Assembly: GCA_951406725.2 (NCBI GenBank)
Contig: OX597821.1
Span: forward strand, 11,098,001 to 11,162,000
Direction: 5' to 3'
Source of the DNA: Octopus vulgaris
Lineage: Eukaryota
Length of the DNA stretch: 64,000 nucleotides
Shown: positions 53,279 to 64,000 of the stretch, piece after piece
Numbering within the stretch: the stretch's first letter is position 1
Layout of the letters: each line of letters opens with the position of its first letter
Position numbers and translations under genes: made by a program
The notes under the pieces: model-generated
Seen by the model: the letters and a program-made list of their open reading frames with translations, nothing else
What the model was told of the DNA's origin: nothing
Database searches by the model: none

Positions 53279-54575
53279 TACTTACTTACGAGATGTATAT
53301 GTTGCTATAGATATATTTAAATGTGGCTGTATATGTGGTTATACATATATGTTTGTGTATACACATATTTATATGTGTATATATATTTGCTTGTTTATAT
53401 ATGTATATGTGTGTGTATATGTATGTATGTATTTGTATGTATAAGCAGAATAAATTGAAGAGCTATCGTCATCTTTCCTATTATGCTATAAATCTTCTGG
53501 GATATATATCCCATTACTAGATGAAAAATGTCTTTCTTAAAAGCTCCCACTCTTTACCTATAAAAATACCGGAATCATTTCGTTTCACTTTGGAAAATCG
53601 ATAGCAGAGACAATGCATTAATTGTCTCGAATTTTTTCACGCTCACATATTTTGAATAGATCTAAAATTAGTTTTGTAAAGAAACCTATCCTTTGGCTAC
53701 GCAATGGACTCGTATATGAAACAATACTGCAAAGCTTATAATTAATCCATTTTATAGTCACGTTTCGAAGTTGGCGTACAGAACTCCTTCCTAAAAATCA
53801 ACCTTACTGGAAGGTAATTCTTCAAAAAACAAAAAAAAACAAAACATTAACAAGTGTTCTAAGTATTATTTCATTACTTCAGAAATACTTTCGAAATCAC
53901 TGGAAAACTTATAATAGAATATACGAACATTGTAAGAACTGTAATTCGTTTGGCAACTAAACTTTATCGATAAGCTATTTTAAAACTGTATCTTGCACGA
54001 CCAGAGATACAATATCTTGAAATATATTCTTTAAACCCAAAGGGCTTACTGACTTATACAGGAATGAATATGGTTTTAATAAATAACAACATTGTATGCA
54101 CTCTAAACAAATTCTTAATGTTTTCACCCGGCATCAATTCTACACTATTTATATGTATTCAAGTTATAAGAGATGTGGCTAAATCGGTTAGACAGTCTAC
54201 ATCCACACAAAGTGATGCTAATTTATATAATAGTATTGTATGTTGCTTGGTAAATGTTTGTTTCTTTCAGTGACCTAGTCGAGTTATCTTTCTATTTAAG
54301 TATCTATCAATTCCTCCCTCTCTCTAGAGAGTAAGGGAGAGAGTGAGATATACTGTATATGTGTGTATAAGTGTATATATTAGGTATATTTGTAAGTATG
54401 CATGTATGGATGCATGCATGCATGCATGGATGTGTATGTGTGTAAGAGGCGTGGTTTAGTAGTTAGGCTGTTGCACTTACCAGGTGGTGTGTTGCATTTC
54501 TGAGCAAAAACCACATCCTATTACGCTGCAATCACTTTGACATCTCACGTGTAAGACACCGTTTACATTACCTAC

Positions 54576-54845
54576 AGGCGTGGCTCTGTGGTAAGACGCT
54601 TGATTCCCAACCACATGGACCCGGGTTCAATTTACTGCATGACACCTTGAGCAAGTATCTTTTACAATAGCTACGGGCCTTCTGAGTGGATTTGGTGAAC
54701 GGAAACGGAAGCCCGTCGTATATATATATATATATGTTACTGTGTTTACCCCCACCATCAGTTGACAACCGATGGTGGTGTGTATACGTCCCCGTACATA
54801 AGCGGTAAAACAGACCTATAAATGCTAGGCTTACAAAAATGTTAT
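54576..54845 (+). mobile_element. SINE family C, decayed
   Basis: aggcgtggctctgtggtaag..cccgggttcaat..ccttgagcaagt..gagtggatttggt aligns with 5122-5450. Confidence 0.8.
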
Positions 54846-54912
54846 AATACGGATACTCGTCCTCTTGTATGTTACTGTCGGCTCTGTAATATTTTTGTCG
54901 CCACTATTATGT

Positions 54913-54994
<82 letters not shown>

Positions 54995-55058
54995 TGTATG
55001 TATGTATGTATGTATGTATGTATGTATGTATGTATGTATGTATGTATGTATGTATGTA

Positions 55059-55133
<75 letters not shown>

Positions 55134-55429
55134 TGTCAAATCTCTTTCGCAGTTTTTTTTGCAACCTTCTCAGTGACTATCCACTCTGTCCGCTATAGAG
55201 AATGCGTTTGGCTTTCTGTCTGAGATTTTATTGCGGTAAGTGCGTGTGCGTTGTACATACAAACACATACACACATGCATATATACATACATATATACAT
55301 ACATACATACATACATACATACATACATACATACATACATGCATACATAGACACACCAACTTGTAACTACAGAGATAAGCGAATAGTTGAAGAGAAAAGA
55401 CCCTTGAATTGAAAGCACACTATTAATTC

Positions 55430-57000
55430 AGGAAAGAAACCCTATCATGTCATATGGAACGATAAACAGGAGCTGATATACAAGAATTTCAAAAGAATAG
55501 GTACAGGGGCCCAGCAAAAATATAGCCTACAATCAAACATACGGCAATAATTTCAGAGGAAGCCACCGTTATAGGAAAAGGAACAATATCGGAGGATATG
55601 ATAAAAATGCAGAAATTATACAAACAACATTTTAAGAAATGCCAGGGATATGATGACTTTTTAAACATGAACCAGAATCACAGGGACCGAAGTGGAATGC
55701 ACGTTACGTAAAACCAAAGGAAATCAAAGTCTCACAAAAAGACTAACCGCTTTACAAATGAATATACTCAGCAAATAGCTTACGTTCACACCAACCACTC
55801 AAAAATCACGTACGTCTGAAATTAAAGATGATATTGCAGAATTGTACAGAAGACTAAGATTAGCAGGATAGTTTTTTTAGTTAAATAATGAAGATGAACT
55901 TATAATTTAAACAGAAACAAACACTATCCTAACCGTCAACGAAAAACAGGTTTTGATGGATACTCTGAGCATATTTCAAGCTTCCCTCTATATAAAATAA
56001 GACGTGAAAAAAAACAAGTTATATCTCATTTCAGTACACAACAGTGGAACTACTTAACAGATATAAGAAAGATGAAGTAGGTTCAGTTGTTATTATGGAT
56101 AAATATTACTTCAAGAATTGGATATTCTATAGTGTAGAAACTTTTAACTGATAAAGAACTGAAATACCTTACAAACTTCAAAATAAAACAAGAAGCTTCT
56201 AAAATGCATAAAAATAAATTGATCAATAAAAAATCTGAAGGGCCCAAATCGGTTTTATAAATATCCCACCACTATCAGTTCAAAAAATGAGACACATTTT
56301 AACAGACCCATCATGTGAAACCTACTACCTAAATAATTTCATATACACATTCTACTAAAACCACTCCCCGAACATATAAATAGCTTTATACGAAATGATC
56401 TGGCCATACTATACCATCTACAAATTACAATAACGGAAAACATACATATCGTTTATGCGAAACTATATTTCAGCATTCCTCACCAGTATGGAATCGAAGC
56501 TATAGAGCATTGTCTAGACACATTACTACCGAAATACCAGACCACATAGTAAGAAATATTTTTGTTGATGACCTCCAATACATCTTAGAGAATAAATACA
56601 TCAATCGTGAAATAAAAATATATCAAAGATCCTCTGAAACTTCAAGAGATGTATCCAACTTCTATTTGGAAGAAAAGTGGAACAAGTCCCTCGTCGAGTT
56701 CTTCACTTTATGGAAGGAAGATATTGCCAAAGTAAAATAATTCCCAAATATTATAAAAAACATAAATCCAAACATTCAAATTCCTTGTGGAATTCAGCAA
56801 CGATAAACATCCCTTCTTGTTTCTAATAGCGAGAATTTTTTTTCTATTGGAAACCGATATTTATTTTAAAACCACAGAATCACAATACTTCCGTTTCACA
56901 TCATGTCACCCAAAGCGCATATAAAACAACATCTCATTCACTCAAACCAAATGGATATGTACAATTGTATCACACTTGTGTCGTAGATTAAACGAAATTA
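55430..57000 (+). mobile_element. Penelope-like element RT region, heavily decayed
   Basis: Broken frames give LLKPLPEHINSFIRND, LYFSIPHQYGIEAIEHCL, ETDIYFKTTESQYFRFTSCHPK (PLE RT and thumb motifs). Confidence 0.7.
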
Positions 57001-57179
57001 AAGAAATACACACAATAAAAAAATAGTGAAAGCGGACCAGCTTAGTTCAATATGATTTGTTTCCTGCACTGCTAAAATACTTTTAATTGCAAACTCAAGA
57101 ATGTATTTACTAAAATCGTTTTGCATACAGAATACTCGAATCACCATGTGACACCTTATAATATGAATGTAGCCACTAA

Positions 57180-58260
57180 CATAGTTAGACAATACTTAAA
57201 ATTAATAGTCAATCACTTCCAACATCCATATGAATACCTTTAATATCTCCAACAGAAACACAGTTAAATTTAGTTATAGCTGCTTGCTATTGTTGCGTCC
57301 CTAATATAGGATCGATAAAACTGAACCATAATAAAAATATACCCACCACGAATACCCCCGAAACGCACTGTAACTGTAGAGGTCCAAACTGCTGTCCCCT
57401 AAATAATAACTAACGGGGAAAGTAATTATATACAAGGCCAAAATCATGGATCCCAACGGAGTGGCAAAGACCTATATTAGATTCACGGGCAACTCGTTCA
57501 AGGAAAGATACACACAACATCTAACGTCATTCAGGGAAATAATAAGATATGCGATATCCCTATTCAAAATGATATGGAGATTGAAAGAAGGTGTAGTAAG
57601 CATTCACCAAATAGCATTGAGAATTATTGCTAAAGCCAGAAAATACAGAGAATTGGGTACCAAATGTGAGCACCATATCACTTAAAACCTGAATATCATC
57701 CAGCCAACGGATCGCATTTTAAATATTAAGGATAGGACCTTTTCTCCGTATGTATACAAGCAATATTTTTTCTCCGACATTTGAAAGAGGAATCGCCACG
57801 CACTCCACCAATCCACCCAGAATAGTTTCCTTCTCTGAGAATCAACATTGAATATATACAACATACTAACTCCACAAATAGATGACACATGCCCCCTGAT
57901 GAACTCAGCACAGCAGCATACAAATATCGCATACCCTTAGAATATAATTTAATATCATGCAAACAAATTCACCATCCAACACGGTTTTTTCTCAAATGTC
58001 AAACCCAAGAGAACCACTTAAAAGATGTCAGCTAAGAGAATCGTACCATGTTAACTTCATTCCTTTTTGTGAATTTGCAAGATTTTTCTTGCGTTCAACC
58101 AAGATGAAGACGATCATCACTTCACCATGGGATCGGCTTCAAAAATTGTTAAGATATTGAGATATTCTTCTTAACATGAAACCAACGGTAGCTTTAGTAT
58201 ACAAATAGAGACATTTTATCCACTAACACAGTGCTGAACTATCATTCTCACTGATCGTCA
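57180..58260 (+). mobile_element. Penelope-like element 3' end (GIY-YIG endonuclease) and pLTR-like tail
   Basis: SNRNTVKFSYSCL, HCNCRGPNCCPLNN, IIYKAKI..KTYIRFTGNSFKERYTQHLTSF. Confidence 0.8.
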
Positions 58261-58290
58261 TTTACTTACGTGAATATGTATATATGTGTG

Positions 58291-58448
<158 letters not shown>

Positions 58449-58477
58449 TACATATATATTTAATTATTTATTCATTT

Positions 58478-58785
58478 GGAGGCGCAATGGCCTAGTGGTT
58501 AGGTCAGCGGACTCGTGGTCGTAAAATCGCGGTTTCGATTCCCAGACCGGGCGTTGTGAGTGTTTATTGAGCGAAAACATCTAAAAGCTCCACGATGCTC
58601 CGGCAGGGTGTGGTGATCCCTGCTGTACTCTTTCACCACTCTTTCACCACTCTTTCTCCCACTCTTTCTTCTGTTGGCCTGCTCGCTTAGCCAGAGGGGT
58701 GGCGTCATTCAAAGGCTAAAACAATGCGAATGCATTGTGACCAGCGATGTGTAACAACATCTGATGGTCTGGTCGGTCACGTGAT
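58478..58785 (+). mobile_element. tRNA-derived SINE family D, full length
   Basis: A box tggcctagtgg, B box ggtttcgattccc; matches 5567-5858. Confidence 0.9.
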
Positions 58786-59515
58786 CTCAGGTGATATTTA
58801 TTTATTTACGTATATATATACAAAGAATTCTTTTTCTATCCCCTTATTTATGATTGCATTTCTAATTTCACGTTAATAAGTCTTTTTTAATATGCTCTCC
58901 ACTGATAAATTTTTTCAAAAGTTTTATCCTTTTATATTATATGTAAATTAATTCCCATTCACTTCGGGGTGGTATAGCCACTTACGTACAATTCCAGACC
59001 GGATACACCCGTGTCGAAGCTTGCTACGAAATTTCTATATGGACATATTTGGGGTACTTATATGCATTCACGACATGGCGTTTGCTTATCTGTGGATATG
59101 TATAAGTATTTCATATATATCATGGTGTTCTCTGCTGATGAAGGAAAAACCCTTTAGATTAATCCAGAAATTCGTTCGATCCACAGATAACCAAATTTTA
59201 TGAATTTCTGTTAGCTTGATCCCACGTCTCGAGACGTGTGTAATAACAGTAGTGAAGATATTTAACGTGGATCGACGATTTAGCGATTCTTTTCAGCGAT
59301 TCTTTTCAGCACAGAAATATTTTTTGTAATTTCTTATAATTTCATCTCAGTAGGACTTTTTATATATGCTGGCCACTCATAAAATATTTTAACAAATTTA
59401 TGTTCTTATATTATATATATGTGTGTGTGTGTGTTTGCGCTTGTGTATGAATATATACACATAGGTACATATATATATATATAACATATATATGTGTATG
59501 CATTTGTATATATAA

Positions 59516-59546
<31 letters not shown>

Positions 59547-59623
59547 CATGTATATGTATATATATATATATGTATATATGTATATATATGTATACATATA
59601 TATATATATGTGTATATATATAC

Positions 59624-59674
<51 letters not shown>

Positions 59675-59786
59675 CATATATATATGTATATATATATATA
59701 TACATATATCTATATGTGTGTATATATATATACATATATATATGTGTATATATATATATGTGTGTGTGTGTATACATATATATATA

Positions 59787-59877
<91 letters not shown>

Positions 59878-60384
59878 TTAAAAATTGGTGCAATCGAAGT
59901 AGAAATACTGTCCTGCTAGAGATGTTTTTAACAATATTTGCCGGCTGTTATTTAAAGCATTTTTGCTTTAAGTTCAATCCTTAAAAAGCCATTCATTACG
60001 CGTTGCACTGAAATTTAATTTTATGTGGTCAACAATACATATACATACGTGTGATCGACAAAACTATCAGTTGTAATGCATTGCTGGTGACAATACGGAC
60101 AATACGCTTTTTCATCATTTTAACTTTCGAATAGCACTACACCGGTGTCACGAGGAGGGATCTAACATTGCCACTGATGTGGAGGATAGTCTGTCACAGG
60201 GTTACTGCTTTACAGCTGAGTGAAATAAACCAACTGAGATTAAGTGTTTATCTCAAGAACATAACGCGCCGCCCGGTGCAGTAAACGAAACCACGGTCTA
60301 GAGATTGTGAGAGCAACATGCTAACTTGGCCACAGACACAACTATATATAGACAAGTATTCTTTTTTCTTTTTCTTTTCTTCTT

Positions 60385-60785
60385 TTTACTTGTTTCAGTC
60401 ATTTTGACTGCGGCCATGCTGGAGCACCACCTTTTAATCGAGCAACTCGACCCCGGAACTTATTCTTTGTAAGCCCAGTACTTATTCAATCGGTCTCTTT
60501 TGCCGAACCGCTAAGTGACGGGGACATAAACACACCAGCATCGGTTGTCAAGTGATGCTGGGAGGACAAACACAGACACACAAACACACACATACATATA
60601 TATATATATATACATATATACGACGGGCTTCTTTCAGTTTCCGTCTACCAAATCCACTCACAAGGCATTGGTCGGCCCGGGGCTATAGCAGAAAACACTT
60701 GCCCAAGATGCCACGCAGTGGGACTGAGCCCAGAAACATGTGGTTTGTTAGCAAGCTACTTACCACACAGCCACTCCTGCGCCTA
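60385..60785 (-). mobile_element. SINE family C, full length
   Basis: Reverse complement aligns along 5122-5541. Confidence 0.92.
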
Positions 60786-61475
60786 TGTTTGTTTTGGGGT
60801 CATCTTTGTTCAACAACTGTGGTTATCAGACGGTGTTGGTTGTTTACATACATCTAACTTGGTTGTTAGAATAAAAGACGCTAGAATAGGTACCAAAATT
60901 GAAAATAGAGCACACAGGTCGATTTGTGGGGACAAAATATTCAACCATGACCCCTACCTAGATGTACTCATAATCGTGCCTGAGAAAAATGACCATCAGT
61001 ATTTATAAAATTTTATAAATTTAAATTAGTCTAAATGTATGCAGCCTTAAATATAATTGCAATAACTCATTTGAAATAAACAGAGGAATGTAAAGTATAG
61101 GAAAATGTATCTGATACGTGTCTCAATTATCTATTTATTTTGAAATTCCCTGGCAAATTATGATTGAATAATGTCACTGTGGATTCTCATAAATGTATAC
61201 AAATATTTGAGGACATAATGGAAATTTTATTACGCTGCCAATTTATCAGCTTAACATTAGTTCATGTTCAATGAACAAATACATAAACGGCTTCATATTG
61301 TTGTCTACTTTGTAGTAAAAATATGGTAAAGAAACATTTACGATCTTAACTATGAATAAAAGCAAATAAAAAGGTTGGAAAGTGGTTAAACAGAGTGCCA
61401 GTGTAAGAATGTATACATGAGTTTTTATGTATGGATGTATGTACGTGTATTAGTGTGCATGTTTGTATATATATG

Positions 61476-61516
<41 letters not shown>

Positions 61517-61618
61517 TAGATACATACACAAATATATATGTATATATATGTATATATATATATATATATATATACATACATATATATATGTACATAGATA
61601 CATACACAAATATATATG

Positions 61619-61682
<64 letters not shown>

Positions 61683-62002
61683 TAAAAAACACATACCAAA
61701 ACAAAGATGCATGTACTCACACAGTCATGATCAGTCATGTTTGGACTCAGAATGTCTGTGAGTGTGTGTATGCAAGTATGTATCTATAAAGTTCAACAAT
61801 TCTACAAGCAATTTAAATCAACAGCATTGCCAACAGAGATTTAGAATCTGTTAGATGTGAGACGATTTTTGCGAGCTTCATATTTTATTACTTCACGTAA
61901 TATCACATTAACATCAAAATGTCTGGACACTATTTTATTGTGTCGTTCGTCCTAATTTGTACATTAAGATAATCATTAATTCTCTTTCCCTCTGCATCTA
62001 CC

Positions 62003-62095
<93 letters not shown>

Positions 62096-62116
62096 TATAT
62101 GTTTATATATACATGC

Positions 62117-62155
<39 letters not shown>

Positions 62156-62189
62156 CATACATATATACATACATGTTTATATACATATA

Positions 62190-62790
62190 TAGTTGGAATT
62201 TACAAAAAACAAAAGATGAAGACAGGTATGTAAACAACAAATAGGTGTATTACTTTAACGCGCGGGAAGGTGAGAAAGTATTTTACGTTTCGAGTCTACT
62301 CTCTTCAACAGAAAGGAACATATTGATAAATAGAGAGAGAATAAAAAAGAAAGCTTTAGTAGCTAGTGGTCAATGATGGCGATGGCCGGACAGAGGTGGT
62401 CAGACAGGAGAGCTAGAAATAATGGGAGATAAAGGGGATTATAGGGGTGGTATGGTTGGGATATGTAGGGATTCAGTAACGATGGAGGAGTGATGATGAA
62501 GGGAGAGGGTGAAGGGGAGAAAGTGGATAGGAGTGAATAGAGGAAATAGTTGTCAGAGCAAGAGAAGAGAGGAGAAGAGAGGTGGGTGGGAGTGAAGAGA
62601 GTATTAAGACGAGAGTCCAGATGGCTGTTGTGCAAGGACAATCCGTACACAGACAGGTGTTGTAAAGAATGACCGGTAGATAGGAGGTGGCGCGAGACCG
62701 GGGTGTCGTTGCCGAGTCTGATGTCTCGGAGAATGGTGCGTTAGAGAGGTAGGGTGGAGGGGTGGAGGGGTTGTTGGTGAGGGGAAACGG
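62190..62790 (-). mobile_element. Probable Penelope-like 3'/pLTR segment with variant hammerhead (62281-62315)
   Basis: Minus strand reads tttCTGTTGAagagagtagactcGAAAcgTAaaa; architecture resembles 9840-10020. Confidence 0.5.
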
Positions 62791-63960
62791 GACATTATCA
62801 AAATGTCATCGAGATATGCGATGGTGAGATCGCATTAATTTAACATTGCATCCATTATTTGTTGGAATATTGTGGGTGCCATTTTAACTCCAGATGGCAA
62901 TCGTTTGAAATTGCACAATCCATGGTTCGTGTTGATTGTTAGTAGATGTGTACAATCTTCCCCTGGATGGATTTGAAGGTATGCTTGTGAGAGGTCTAAC
63001 CTCGAAAACAATTTCCCTCCGTTTAGTTTACCAAAAACATCTGTGCTTGGTTGTAGGTAATTGTGTGTGAGTAAACAATTGTTTAAGCCAGTCGAAAATC
63101 TGGGCACATTGTTAGCTTTTTTTTTTCTTGCGTAAACTGCCACTGCCGCCCAGTCTAGATGGTCAAGCTTTTCAATTATATTCCGGTTTTACAACCTTTT
63201 TAGTTGTTTATTGACCGGGTCTACCGCCACAAACGGCATGTTCCGTTTGGGCCTGAAAATAGGCGTTGAACATTCTTTGATAGCAATCCTTGCTTTCGTA
63301 TTTGAGCAATAGTTTAAACTATCCGAAAAAACTTTTGGGAAAGTTTCTTTCGATTTTGTAACAGTTCATCGACCTTGTTCGATAGTTTGACTGCTCGTTT
63401 ACGTTATTTTACAAAACGCTTATGGGTGAATCCCATAAATTAGATTTCTCCATACACTCGGTGCCAAATAAATTCAAGGATTTTTCAACACTCACTTTTT
63501 TTGGTTCGACCTTTGAACATTTGGTTTATCCATTTGCTCTCATGTTTTCTCATTGATGATTGTGATATCACTTCTCGTACATAATTGCCTTCTGACACTA
63601 GTGGTTTCAATTCTCATATTTACGAATTTTCTGTTTGTTGTAGTCATAACTTTTCTGCTGAAAAACTATTTATCTTGTCTTGTTTGTTTCAGTTTTCTAT
63701 CCTTCTAGGTTTGCAGTGCGATGTAAACCCACAGCTAAAACACGTTGCTTTCTTATACGGACACTCTTTTTTTCAGGTACATCCCACCACATGTAATACA
63801 TGAGTCTACATCCCGATATTTTTTCTCTTTTACCGGCAACATTTTTTCTTCCGACTTTTTTGGACTGGTCTTTTGTGAAAACACTCTTTCCTTTGAATTT
63901 CTTCCGATTCATGGCTTAATATTACTATGATGCCATACTCTTCCCACAGATTCTGCAATG
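62790..63960 (-). mobile_element. Ty3/Gypsy LTR retrotransposon remnant (gag zinc knuckle, protease region, RT up to YLDD; Mag/K02A2.6-like)
   Basis: CPYKKATCFSCGFTSH, FPKVFSDSL, PIFRPKRNMPF, DWAA, KLFSRLDLSQAYLQI..LLTINTNHGL..RLPSGVKMAPTIFQQIMD, IAYLDDILI; multiple stops and frameshifts. Confidence 0.9.
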
Positions 63961-64000
63961 TCAAATCATGGTTCATTTCCAGTTTTGCTACAAAATTCGT

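Overview
This is AT-rich, microsatellite-dense eukaryotic DNA, almost certainly intergenic or intronic. The SINE families and (TA)n/(ATT)n/(TATG)n load suggest an octopus genome (inference from recognition, not a search). No intact host gene is evident, and most predicted ORFs are microsatellite translations. The window is a transposon graveyard. It holds about 9 Tc1/mariner elements or MITEs (DD34D, DD37D, DD41D, Tc1), a Chapaev3 fragment, Helitron and Helentron-type elements, and LINE remnants (CR1/Jockey-like, L1/Tx1, RTE, Dong/R4). It also holds Penelope-like remnants, a Gypsy pol remnant and four tRNA-derived SINE families. The most interesting signals are an apparently intact type I hammerhead ribozyme at 52145-52224 inside a family of non-coding fold-back elements, several variant hammerheads, a perfect 318-bp palindrome, and a locally templated inverted insertion between adjacent transposons. 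One weak candidate host exon resembles a Kazal-domain C-terminus (16881-16937). All alignments and folds were done by eye, so boundaries of decayed elements are approximate.
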